A stretch of 64,000 bases of DNA, from positions 18,483 to 82,482 of the forward strand of contig CAWCZZ010000005.1 of NCBI GenBank assembly GCA_963800195.1, in the 5' to 3' direction. The stretch is from an uncultured Acidobacteriota bacterium (lineage in GTDB: Bacteria > Acidobacteriota > Terriglobia > Terriglobales > Acidobacteriaceae). A program made the translations under genes and the position numbers. The notes beneath the pieces were generated by a model that saw only the letters and a list, made by a program, of their open reading frames with translations, did not search any database and was not told where the DNA came from. Below, one piece after another: positions 31,040 through 39,939 of the stretch. Position 1 is the stretch's first letter; every line of letters starts with the position of its first letter.

Positions 31040-31152
31040 GTTCTCTACAGGCGCGCTAGCGTTCATGAGAATCCCGGCGGTGACCGGCCTCGCATGAGGT
31101 GATGGTCCGAGGGTCGCACTGGAAACGGCGCAACCTCCCGAATGGAAAGGAG
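31040..31152 (+). ncRNA. possible Moco (molybdenum cofactor) riboswitch in the moaA leader
   Basis: The GC-rich structured leader ...ggtccgagggtcgcactggaaacggcgcaacctcccgaatggaaaggagac runs into the moaA RBS and ATG. CCGAG, CCUCC and GGAAAGGAG elements resemble what I recall of the motif. Not verified by a covariance model. Confidence 0.35.
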
Positions 31153-31154
31153 AC

Positions 31155-32174
31155 ATGATGTCGGCCTCATTGATCCAGTTTTCCTCCTGCCCTGAAGGCT
31201 TTCTTAAGGAGGCTTCCGCTTCGCCGGCTCTGCCGCGTCTGCGCTTACTCCGCCTTTCAGTCACCGAACTATGCAACTTTCGTTGCCGCTATTGCATGCC
31301 CGCCAAGGGTGTGCCCAAGGTCGCGCATTCCGACCTTTTAACCCTGGAAAGCCTGGCGGAACTGGTCAAGTGGTTAGCCGCTCACGCCGGAATCTCCCGA
31401 GTTCGGCTTACCGGTGGCGAGCCCTTAGTGCGTCCGGGCATCGAGCATCTGATCACCGAACTATCCGTGCTGCCAGGGATTCGGGAAGTGTCGCTAACCA
31501 CCAACGGCTCGCTGCTGGCCCGCATGGCGGCCACGCTGAAGTCGGCAGGGCTAAATCGCGTCAACATCTCGCTTGATTCGCTTGATGACGAGCGCTTTGC
31601 CGAGGTAACGCGCGGAGGAAATCTCAAGCAGACGCTGGCCGGCATACAGGCGGCCCAGGATGTCGGACTGACGCCGATCAAGCTCAACAGCGTTCTGCGG
31701 CGCTCTACCTGGAAGCAGGAGGTGCCGCGTTTGCTGGACTACGCCGCCAGCACCGGCCATGAGATTCGCTTTATCGAACTGATGCGGACGGGCACCGAGC
31801 GCACATGGTGCGAAGCCGAACTGATCTCGGTGGACGAAGTCTGCCAGGAGCTTGGGGCTGAGATTGTTCCGGCGGAGACCGAGAGCCGGGCTCCGGCGCG
31901 AAAGACTCGGATGAACTGGCGCGGCACGGCTTTGACCGTGGGCTGGATCACGCCACGCTCTCATCCCTTCTGCCAACACTGCGAGCGCCTGCGCATGGAC
32001 GCGCGAGGCCGCATTCGCCGCTGCCTGATGGATCCAACGACGCTGGACCTGGCCCATGCGGTGGCTACGCTGGACGGCCGCGCCGCCCAGCAGGAGTTCC
32101 AATCCTATCTGGCGGGAAAGGTTCTGCCGCAGGACATGGACAGCCCTCTCTCGATGAGCCAGATCGGCGGATAG
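31155..32174 (+). CDS. moaA: GTP 3',8-cyclase (radical SAM)
   Basis: LSVTELCNFRCRYCMP (CxxxCxxC), RLTGGEPL, TTNG, and C-terminal CxxCxRxR. Confidence 0.85.
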   Translation: MMSASLIQFSSCPEGFLKEASASPALPRLRLLRLSVTELCNFRCRYCMPAKGVPKVAHSDLLTLESLAELVKWLAAHAGISRVRLTGGEPLVRPGIEHLITELSVLPGIREVSLTTNGSLLARMAATLKSAGLNRVNISLDSLDDERFAEVTRGGNLKQTLAGIQAAQDVGLTPIKLNSVLRRSTWKQEVPRLLDYAASTGHEIRFIELMRTGTERTWCEAELISVDEVCQELGAEIVPAETESRAPARKTRMNWRGTALTVGWITPRSHPFCQHCERLRMDARGRIRRCLMDPTTLDLAHAVATLDGRAAQQEFQSYLAGKVLPQDMDSPLSMSQIGG

Positions 32175-33358
32175 TGGTGCGCGAAATGACTTCTCCAGCC
32201 GGCGCGCAGGATTTCGGAGCGCCCGTGCTTGCCGTGTGCGGCTTCTCCGGCTCCGGCAAAACCACGTTGCTGGAAGCTGCCATCCCGCACTTGATCGCTC
32301 GCGGCCTTTCGGTTGCGGCCGTCAAGCATGACTCCCACGGTTTCGTCGTCGACAAGGAAGGCAAGGATTCAGAACGGCTCTTTCGTGCCGGGGCCACGGT
32401 CGCACTGCGCGGCCCGTCTGAGCAGTTTCTTCGGCGCGGCGCATCCTCGGCGCTCACCCTGCAGGCAACCCTAGCCGATCTGGCGCGTGACCATGACCTG
32501 TTGCTGGTGGAAGGCCACAAGGATACCCCGCTCCCAAAGCTTTGGATTGGCAATGCCGAGACCTCCTCGCCTCCCGACCACGTGACCGCCGTTCAGCAGA
32601 TTCTTCCATGGGACAGCGATCGCCTGAAAATCTTTTTGGACTTCGTCGAGCATTGGCTCCCTGAGGCGTGGTCCGCGCGTCCGCTCTTTGCCGGCTTGCT
32701 GGTTGGTGGCAAGAGCTCGCGCATGGGAACACCCAAACAGCTCGTGAGCTTTGCCGGCAGTACGCTCTCCGAGATCGCTGCACACGCCCTCAGTGAAGCG
32801 CTTAAGGGGCGGGGGACAGCCAACCCCGGCGGCGTGCCATCGCTGAATCCAAACGTCGTTATTCTCGGCGCGGGACCTGTTCCCGAGCCGTTGCAATGCC
32901 TGCCGCGCTTGCCTGATGTGCCACAAGTCGGTGGCCCGATTGCCGGGCTGCTCGCCGCGCACCGCTGGATGCCACGTGCTGCCTGGATTCTGGCCGCCTG
33001 CGATCATCCCTGGCTCACTGCCGAAGACATCAGCTGGCTAATTAGCCAGCGCAGGCCGGGCGCGTGGGCCATCCTGCCGCGTCAGCCTGACGATCACCCC
33101 TGTCCCACCCTGGCGCTGTACGAGCCGCAATCGCTTACCGTTCTCGAGCGCTCGCTGCTCGTCCGTGGGCCTGCCGATGTGCGCCTCGCTGAGTTGTTCA
33201 ATCACCAGCATTCATTCATCGGCCCGCGCTTCACTCGCGCTTTGGTCAACGTGAATACGCCGCAGGAACTGCTGGCGGAGGCCGAACTGGCCGGAGCCGA
33301 CGCGTCGCCCGAAGAGAGGTCGCGCTTGTTAGAATGGAAAGACAAAAGGAACCAATGA
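32174..33358 (+). CDS. mobA: fused MobB (GTP-binding adaptor) and MobA (Moco guanylyltransferase)
   Basis: The N-terminus VCGFSGSGKTTLLEAAIPHLIARGLSVAAVKHDSHGF is MobB-like. The C-terminal half, LLVGGKSSRMGTPKQL...ACDHPWL, is MobA-like. Single 394-aa ORF. Confidence 0.7.
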   Translation: MVREMTSPAGAQDFGAPVLAVCGFSGSGKTTLLEAAIPHLIARGLSVAAVKHDSHGFVVDKEGKDSERLFRAGATVALRGPSEQFLRRGASSALTLQATLADLARDHDLLLVEGHKDTPLPKLWIGNAETSSPPDHVTAVQQILPWDSDRLKIFLDFVEHWLPEAWSARPLFAGLLVGGKSSRMGTPKQLVSFAGSTLSEIAAHALSEALKGRGTANPGGVPSLNPNVVILGAGPVPEPLQCLPRLPDVPQVGGPIAGLLAAHRWMPRAAWILAACDHPWLTAEDISWLISQRRPGAWAILPRQPDDHPCPTLALYEPQSLTVLERSLLVRGPADVRLAELFNHQHSFIGPRFTRALVNVNTPQELLAEAELAGADASPEERSRLLEWKDKRNQ

Positions 33359-34557
33359 CGAGTTTTGAAGAAGCACGCGATATTATCCTGAGCAATGTCG
33401 CCCCCATGGAAACTGAGCAGATGGAACTGCTCGACTCGCTGGGGCGAGTGGCTGCGGAAACCATCACCGCCCCGTATAATCTGCCCTCTTTTGACAACTC
33501 CGCCATGGATGGCTACGCGGTTCGTGTCGCGGATTCTACTCGATTCGCATCGCTCCCCATCACGGGTTATATCCCCGCTGGCGGAGTCGCAACTGCCACA
33601 ATCTCCCCTGGGAGTGCGATCAAGATTATGACCGGCGCGCCGGTTCCTCCGGGCTGCGACGCGATTGTGCCTTTCGAAGATGCGACGGAGTCCGATCAGG
33701 CGGTCAGGATTGAGATTGCGCCCCTCCCCGGCCAGCATGTCCGCCGCGCCGGAGAAGACATCAAGCTCGGTGACACCGTTCTGGCTGTTGGCACTCCGAT
33801 TCGTATACCGGAGATCAGCATTCTCGCCTCGCTCGGCCGGAGCTCCCTTCGCGTTTATCGCAAGCCGCTTGTTGCGATTCTCGCCACCGGCGATGAACTC
33901 GTGGAGCTTGGCCAGCCGCTCCCGGAAGGCAGGCTCTACAACAGCAACTCACCAGGCCTGGCAGCAGCCGTGCTGGAAGCAGGAGCCGCTTACAAGATGA
34001 TCGGCATTGCTCGCGACGAGCCCGAGCATCTGCGCCAGAAGCTTGCCGAAGGACTCCAGGCGGATGCACTAATTACGGCTGCCGGCGTATCGGTAGGAGA
34101 TCGCGATTTCGTTCGAGAGATTCTTGCCGAGCTCGGGGTCAAGCAGTTGCTCTGGAAGGTGAACATCAAGCCAGGAAAATCGGCAGCCTTCGGTTCCTAC
34201 CTTGGCAAGCCGGTCTTTTCGCTGCCCGGCAATCCCGTCTCTGCCATCGTGACCTTTGAAGAACTGGTGCGGCCTGCGCTCCTCAAGATGATGGGTCACC
34301 AGCACGTCGTCAAGCCGTTCGTAACGGCCGTTCTGCAGGAGGAGCTGCACAAAAAGCCGGGCAGGACATTCTTATCGCGAGTCAGATTAGTCCACTCCGA
34401 CGGCAAGTATCTGGCTTGGAGCGCCGGCAATCAGGACACCGGAATCTTGCAAACCATGCTGCAAACCAACGCTCTGGCGATTCTTCCGGCTGACCGCACA
34501 TCGTTTGCCGCCGGCGAAGAGATCAAGGTCCATCTGCTTTCGGATCCCCACGCATAG
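33355..34557 (+). CDS. moeA: molybdopterin molybdenumtransferase
   Basis: SFDNSAMDGYAV, TGAPVPPGCDAIV, TGDEL, SVGDRDF, LPGNPVS. The ATG overlaps the mobBA stop (ATGA). Confidence 0.85.
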   Translation: MTSFEEARDIILSNVAPMETEQMELLDSLGRVAAETITAPYNLPSFDNSAMDGYAVRVADSTRFASLPITGYIPAGGVATATISPGSAIKIMTGAPVPPGCDAIVPFEDATESDQAVRIEIAPLPGQHVRRAGEDIKLGDTVLAVGTPIRIPEISILASLGRSSLRVYRKPLVAILATGDELVELGQPLPEGRLYNSNSPGLAAAVLEAGAAYKMIGIARDEPEHLRQKLAEGLQADALITAAGVSVGDRDFVREILAELGVKQLLWKVNIKPGKSAAFGSYLGKPVFSLPGNPVSAIVTFEELVRPALLKMMGHQHVVKPFVTAVLQEELHKKPGRTFLSRVRLVHSDGKYLAWSAGNQDTGILQTMLQTNALAILPADRTSFAAGEEIKVHLLSDPHA

Positions 34558-34924
34558 CGGGCTTGCCGAACTCAACGCAACTCAGCGCTGCTCACCGTTC
34601 GCTGTGTATCATCCAGCAAACGTGATCTCTGACAGCGTGCATCGCTGTTTCGGTTGCGCGCCGTAGCATGAGAACAGCCTTGGCCAGCGCTGGACTTGGC
34701 AAATCCTCGATTTCCCGGCGCGACCTGATTCGATCGTTGTTCCGTATTACCAAGTCCCTCGTCATCCATTCAGATTGCGATATGTTCCGTAGTACGAGAC
34801 TGTTCCGTACATCAAGACACTTGTCTTGTTCTGTAGTTAGTGGTTAAATGGCTTTGGTTTGACCAATTGATAAGTTTTTCATATAGTGGGCAAGCTCAAT
34901 CCCAGAGAGGCCTGAGGGATTTTC

Positions 34925-35869
34925 ATGGAACCTCGTCAACTGCGCTACTTTCTTGCGGCCGCACAGGAGTTGCATTTTACCCGCGCGGCGCAGCAGCTTC
35001 ACGTGGCTCAACCTGCCCTCAGCCAGCAGATCCGTCTGCTCGAAGAAGAAGTTGGCACCAAGCTGTTTGAGCGCTCCAATCGTCGCGTTTATCTCACTCC
35101 GGCGGGCGAAGCCTTTCGCGTTCGCGCCACATTGTCCGTTGAGCAAGCCGTGCGCGCTGCCTCCGATGCGCTCAGCGTCGGTCGTGGCGAAAGCGGTAGC
35201 GTCTCCATCGGCTTCGTAAGCTCGACGGTTTACAGCGCCCTTCCCTCGCTCGTGCGCTGGTTCCGCGCCAACGTGCCCAAGGCCAAGCTCGAGCTGAAGG
35301 AACTCGAACCGTGGGAGCAATGGGAGCCTATCGAGCACGGCACTCTCGACTTCGGCCTCATGCACGCCTCGCTGGACAATCCCGCGCTTGAGACCACTGT
35401 GATCTCGCGCGAAAAGCTCGTCCTCGCGCTTCCTGAACACCACGTGGTCGCCATGAAGCAGCGTGTACATCTCAAGCTGCTCGAGAATGAGACCTTCATC
35501 GCTCCGCCCAAGCATCGCCTCTCGGGATACTACGACGCGGTCGTGGCAGCATGTCGCCGCAACGGCTTTGCACCCGCCAATATCCTCACCACGCGCTTCC
35601 TTCAGACCAGCCTCGGACTCGTCGCAGGCGGCCTCGGAGTAGCCCTCGTCCCGTCCGCCTTCCGCGAGAATGTTCGAGTGCGCGGTGTCGTCTATCGTTG
35701 TCTTATGCCGCCGGTGCCTGAGGTTGAATTGATTGCCGTCTGGCGCAAAGGCGAGACCTCTCCTCTGCTGCAACGAGTGCAAACCACCCTGCAGAACTTC
35801 GAGGCTTTAATGCGCGAAGAAAAATGCCTCCGGCGCTGGTGTGAACCGGCAATCGCCCGCGGCAGCTAA
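34925..35869 (+). CDS. LysR family transcriptional regulator
   Basis: MEPRQLRYFLAAAQELHFTRAAQQLHVAQPALSQQIRLLEEEVG. Confidence 0.85.
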   Translation: MEPRQLRYFLAAAQELHFTRAAQQLHVAQPALSQQIRLLEEEVGTKLFERSNRRVYLTPAGEAFRVRATLSVEQAVRAASDALSVGRGESGSVSIGFVSSTVYSALPSLVRWFRANVPKAKLELKELEPWEQWEPIEHGTLDFGLMHASLDNPALETTVISREKLVLALPEHHVVAMKQRVHLKLLENETFIAPPKHRLSGYYDAVVAACRRNGFAPANILTTRFLQTSLGLVAGGLGVALVPSAFRENVRVRGVVYRCLMPPVPEVELIAVWRKGETSPLLQRVQTTLQNFEALMREEKCLRRWCEPAIARGS

Positions 35870-35919
35870 AAGCAAAAAGAGACTACAATCAATTCAGCGC
35901 AAACTCCCGTTTTCAACAA

Positions 35920-37359
35920 ATGGACAAGGATCGGCTTGACCGAAAGATGATTCCTCGCAAATTTCTCTCCGACGTGCACCCCAAATGGTGGGTGCTCCTG
36001 GCTGTCGGCATCGGCAGCTTGATGGGAAGCCTCGACAACAGCGTCGTCAATATCATTTTGCCCACCTTGCGTCACGATTTCGGCTCTACTGTGGCCAACA
36101 TCGAGTGGGTCATCACCATATATCTTCTAGTAGTCTGCGGATTGCTTTTGCCCTTTGGCAGGATCGGCGATATGCGCGGTCACAAGCGTATCTATATCGT
36201 TGGCTTCGCCGTCTTCACACTGGCCTCGGCCGCTTGCGGACTGGCCTGGGGTGTCGCTCCCCTGATTGCCGCACGCGCCGTTCAAGCCTTGGGCGCAGCA
36301 GTATTGTTTGCCTGCTCTCCCGCCATTTTGACCGCCAACTTTCCGGCCTCCGAGCGTGGCCGGGCAATCGGTCTGCAGGTCATCATGGTCTATCTCGGAT
36401 CTCTGATGGGCCCATTGTTTGGTGGCTGGTTGACTGACCATTTCAGTTGGCGCGCCGTTTTTTATATCAATGTGCCCGTCGGTCTGGTGGCTGCGCTCAT
36501 GTGCCTCAAGTTCATTCCCGCCGATCATGGCAAGGGCCGCGATGAGCCATTCGATTTTGCCGGAGCCATATTGTTTATGGCTGTTTTCGTGGCGCTGCTC
36601 TGGGGCCTCAATCAAGGCTATGACCGCGGTTGGACATCGCCTCCCATCCTCGCCCTCATGGGGGGAGCCGCTTTGCTCCTGCTCGTCTTCATTTTGCTCG
36701 AACGCCGTAGAACCCATCCCCTGCTCGACCTCAGCCTCTTCCGCAGGACGCAGTTTTCCATGAGCGTCACTAGCGCGGTGCTGAACTACATTGCCGTCTA
36801 TACCATCCTCTTTCTCATGCCCTTCTACCTAATTCAGGGCCGCGGCATGAGTCCCGGCCAGGCTGGCATGTGGCTGACCATCCAGCCCGCCATCATGACC
36901 ATTTGCGCTCCTATCAGCGGCGCCCTCTCCGATCGCATCGGGACCAAAACCCCCTCTGGCGTCGGAATGGCCATCCTCGGGGTGGGGCTCTTCCTGCTCG
37001 CAATCGTTGGTCCCGAGTCATCCATGATTCGTGTCGCCACGGCCCTGGGCATAGCCGGTCTCGGTACCGGAATCTTCATCGCCCCCAACAGCAGCGCCAT
37101 GATGGGTGCGGCTCCCGGTCATCGCCAGGGTACGGCGGCGGGTGTTCTGGCCACGGCTCGCTACGCCGGCATGATCCTGGGTATCGGAATCGCCGGCGCT
37201 GTCTTTACCAGTTTTCTCACGCGCCACACTCCCATCGCACTTTTCGAAGGCATTCGCGCCAGCTTTTTTGTCGCTTCGTTTGTCGCTTTCCTCGGATGCC
37301 TGACCTCTTTCGTCCGCAAGGAAAGTTTCGGCAAAAAAGAAGCTCCAGAACTCATTTAA
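35920..37359 (+). CDS. MFS transporter, DHA2/EmrB-like (14 TM)
   Basis: 479 aa with multiple TM helices. Motif-A-like GRIGDMRGHKR and LDLSLFR in the central loop. Confidence 0.8.
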   Translation: MDKDRLDRKMIPRKFLSDVHPKWWVLLAVGIGSLMGSLDNSVVNIILPTLRHDFGSTVANIEWVITIYLLVVCGLLLPFGRIGDMRGHKRIYIVGFAVFTLASAACGLAWGVAPLIAARAVQALGAAVLFACSPAILTANFPASERGRAIGLQVIMVYLGSLMGPLFGGWLTDHFSWRAVFYINVPVGLVAALMCLKFIPADHGKGRDEPFDFAGAILFMAVFVALLWGLNQGYDRGWTSPPILALMGGAALLLLVFILLERRRTHPLLDLSLFRRTQFSMSVTSAVLNYIAVYTILFLMPFYLIQGRGMSPGQAGMWLTIQPAIMTICAPISGALSDRIGTKTPSGVGMAILGVGLFLLAIVGPESSMIRVATALGIAGLGTGIFIAPNSSAMMGAAPGHRQGTAAGVLATARYAGMILGIGIAGAVFTSFLTRHTPIALFEGIRASFFVASFVAFLGCLTSFVRKESFGKKEAPELI

Positions 37360-37439
37360 AAGAGTCGCTTCATATCCTCTCGCGCCAAATAGAAAAGGAG
37401 CTGGCGCTTGCCAGCTCCCTCTCTCGCATTCCGAACTGC

Positions 37440-38177
37440 CTAGTTGTTCACCACTGTGCGAACCTTGCCCGGCCCTGGCATAAAGTGATACGGCGGCCAC
37501 GGTCCGGAGAGCGAGATCTCCACATTTTTGAACTGGCGCAGCGCACTCGAATACCGGTTCTGGTATTTCTCCACGCCGTCGGAGTCGATCAGATGCGCAA
37601 TGTCCAGCACAATTCCGCTATCCATCTTCTTGCAGGAGACCTCCTCCTGCAGTGGACTCAGCAGCTTGCTCACCTGCACGGTAAGCGCCCGCGCACGTGA
37701 CGTCCGCTCCCGATCGCGGCTCGCCTGCTCCCGCAGTTTCGTCAGGTATTCGCCGCCCGCCTTATGTGGCAGCAGCGGCAGTACCTCGGCAATTGTGGCT
37801 CCCTCGTGCACCGTGAGTTTAATGTGCATCTCGCTTTTGCCGCGCAATTTAGCGATGCAGTCCGCAAAGATTTTCTTATTATTTCGTATCGCCTGCCGCA
37901 ATGCTTCGTCGGATTCAAACACCGTACCGAACTTGAAGGGCAGCAGTGTTGCCACCTTAAAGCATTCGCTTACGATTCTTGCATGTTGCATGGCTGCTTG
38001 TTGAGTCAGTGGCTGTCCGTGTTCAATTTCGCTCACGATCACCACAAACTCGCCGCAGGGAAATCCCCGCACTGGGGTTGCATTTACGCCTTTAAGAGAT
38101 TCGATAAGAAACGGGCGGCGAACACGCCCTTGCTGAAAGTTCGCCTGTTCGCTGATGCAGTATGCGTACCACGCCAT
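37440..38177 (-). CDS. GvpL/GvpF family protein (orphan; no other gvp genes nearby)
   Basis: MAWYAYCI...GEFVVIVSE...HARIVSECFKVATLLPFKFGTVF...GGEYLTKL...LSGPWPPYHF matches the GvpL/GvpF pattern. Confidence 0.6.
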   Translation of the reverse strand: MAWYAYCISEQANFQQGRVRRPFLIESLKGVNATPVRGFPCGEFVVIVSEIEHGQPLTQQAAMQHARIVSECFKVATLLPFKFGTVFESDEALRQAIRNNKKIFADCIAKLRGKSEMHIKLTVHEGATIAEVLPLLPHKAGGEYLTKLREQASRDRERTSRARALTVQVSKLLSPLQEEVSCKKMDSGIVLDIAHLIDSDGVEKYQNRYSSALRQFKNVEISLSGPWPPYHFMPGPGKVRTVVNN

Positions 38178-38561
38178 CGTCAGCTCTCCATTGATGCCCG
38201 GCATAGGTACTCCGGGAGACAGGACTAGCTTTTAACTGGGTTGGAAACTTATGGAATACTGCCCTTGGTGGAGGTGAATCATATGATCCTGCTTCGCTGC
38301 TGCTCGGCTGCCGTGGAGCTTGGATCCAGCGTTCTCTTTCGTCTCAGCGCGTTCCTCGTGATCTTCCGAATGCGAGTTCATCGAGGAATCTGCTTTCTGG
38401 AGTCCAACCCAAGCTGTAGCCTGCAGATTACAGCTAATCTAAGGTGATTCTAACCTTCTTAATCCTAAGCCGAAACGCCGCAATTAGCAATCAAAAGTCG
38501 AAAATCGCCATTAAACGGAGGCGCCAGAGCTGCTGATTGTCAAATCCTAAGGCAGCAATTC

Positions 38562-39722
38562 ATGTGCCGGAAGCATCCAAGTAGTAACGTGGTAATTTCG
38601 GTCTTCGCCAAGGGCCTCATGCCGTATCCATCGCTGTCTCCTGAATTCGGGCCGCTGGAGCGCTATGCCGTCGAGGTCTTCTCGGAGCTCAACGAGGAAA
38701 CCGTCGTACGCCGCGCCCGCGAGGTCAACGTTCTGCTCCGCATGAGCATGTTGGCCGGCCTTGAGATGGAGCTCTCATCTACCCTCAATCTGATCTGCGA
38801 TATGGCCGCCGAGATCGTCAGTTTCCCGCGCGGCGCTGTCTACTTCTGGGATGAGGATAGTGATAGGATGCACGCCCGCGTTACCCGCAATATGCCTGAA
38901 GCCGATGAGGGGATACTGGCGCGTGCCAACGTGCTCAACTATTGGGCGGCTAAACTGGCGCGGCCCATGCTCCTCACCCGCCATGGCCAGTTGGAGTTGC
39001 TGCATTCCGTGGATGCCCCCAGTTTGCTCGTCGTGCCTCTCTTCGTGCGCAACCGGGTCATGGGCTCAATGCAGCTCTTCGGCGAGCGCGCCGATAGCTT
39101 CTCCCGTGAAGATGCGCAGCTCCTCTGGATGCTCTCCCTCATCGCCGAGAGCATGTTGGCCCGCGACTACTCCAATGACACGCTGCTGCGCTTCGCCTTC
39201 ACCGACTTCCTCACCGGACTCAAGAGCCGGGGCTTCTTCGAGCAGCAACTCGTCCTCGAGATGGCGCGCGCCGAGCGCCGCGAAACTCCTCTGGCCGTTC
39301 TCATGATCGACATTGATCACTTCAAGCGCCTCAATGACACCCATGGCCACCCCGTCGGCGACCTCGTCCTGCGTGACGTTGCCGCCATTCTCACCCGCGA
39401 CCTGCGCGAGATTGATACCGCCGCCCGCTACGGCGGCGAGGAGTTCATCCTGCTGCTTCCCGAAACCACTCTCCAGGGCGCCCAACTGGTGGCCCAGCGC
39501 CTGCTCTCCTCTGTCGCACAGGCTAATTTCGTAATCGGCAGCAGCCCTGCTCAGAGAGCCGAGCACGTCACCATTAGCATCGGCATCGCGCTCTTTCCCG
39601 AGGATGCCCCCACCAAATCTGATCTGCTTGAAGCCTCCGATGCTGCTCTCTACGAAGCCAAAGGCAGGGGCCGCAATCGTGTCGTCTCCTTCTCCGAGAT
39701 TAAGAGTCGTAAAGCTTCCTAA
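38562..39722 (+). CDS. GAF domain-containing diguanylate cyclase (GGDEF)
   Basis: GAF-like N-terminal half; C-terminus FTDFLTGLKSRGFF...DIDHFKRLNDTHGHPVGD...RYGGEEF...YEAKGRGRN. The true start may be an internal Met. Confidence 0.8.
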   Translation: MCRKHPSSNVVISVFAKGLMPYPSLSPEFGPLERYAVEVFSELNEETVVRRAREVNVLLRMSMLAGLEMELSSTLNLICDMAAEIVSFPRGAVYFWDEDSDRMHARVTRNMPEADEGILARANVLNYWAAKLARPMLLTRHGQLELLHSVDAPSLLVVPLFVRNRVMGSMQLFGERADSFSREDAQLLWMLSLIAESMLARDYSNDTLLRFAFTDFLTGLKSRGFFEQQLVLEMARAERRETPLAVLMIDIDHFKRLNDTHGHPVGDLVLRDVAAILTRDLREIDTAARYGGEEFILLLPETTLQGAQLVAQRLLSSVAQANFVIGSSPAQRAEHVTISIGIALFPEDAPTKSDLLEASDAALYEAKGRGRNRVVSFSEIKSRKAS

Positions 39723-39801
39723 GGACAATTTTTCCAAAGATTCTAAGTACCCGTCCCTAAATATCCCCGATGCGCATAGCCCTCGAATCTCCCCAGCCGA
39801 A

Positions 39802-39836
39802 CCACATCCACCCCGCTGTTGCTGGGCGAATGTGGG
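39802..39836. repeat. REP-like palindromic element (degenerate copy)
   Basis: ccacatccaccc-cgctgttgct-gggcgaatgtgg, between the convergent GGDEF and aroDE 3-prime ends. Confidence 0.45.
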
Positions 39837-39939
39837 TGACAAATCGCGCCGGCTTGGCTGCGAAACAAAACAAAGGGCAGAAATGATCACCTCCATTCCT
39901 GCCTTTCAACAACTTTGAAACCGTGAATCCCGCTTCAGT

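Noticed and set aside
38241-38447. 68-aa plus-strand ORF upstream of the GvpL/F gene
   Set aside because: It has a non-ATG start, no RBS, and a hydrophobic low-information sequence. The region is more plausibly the promoter or leader of the minus-strand genes.
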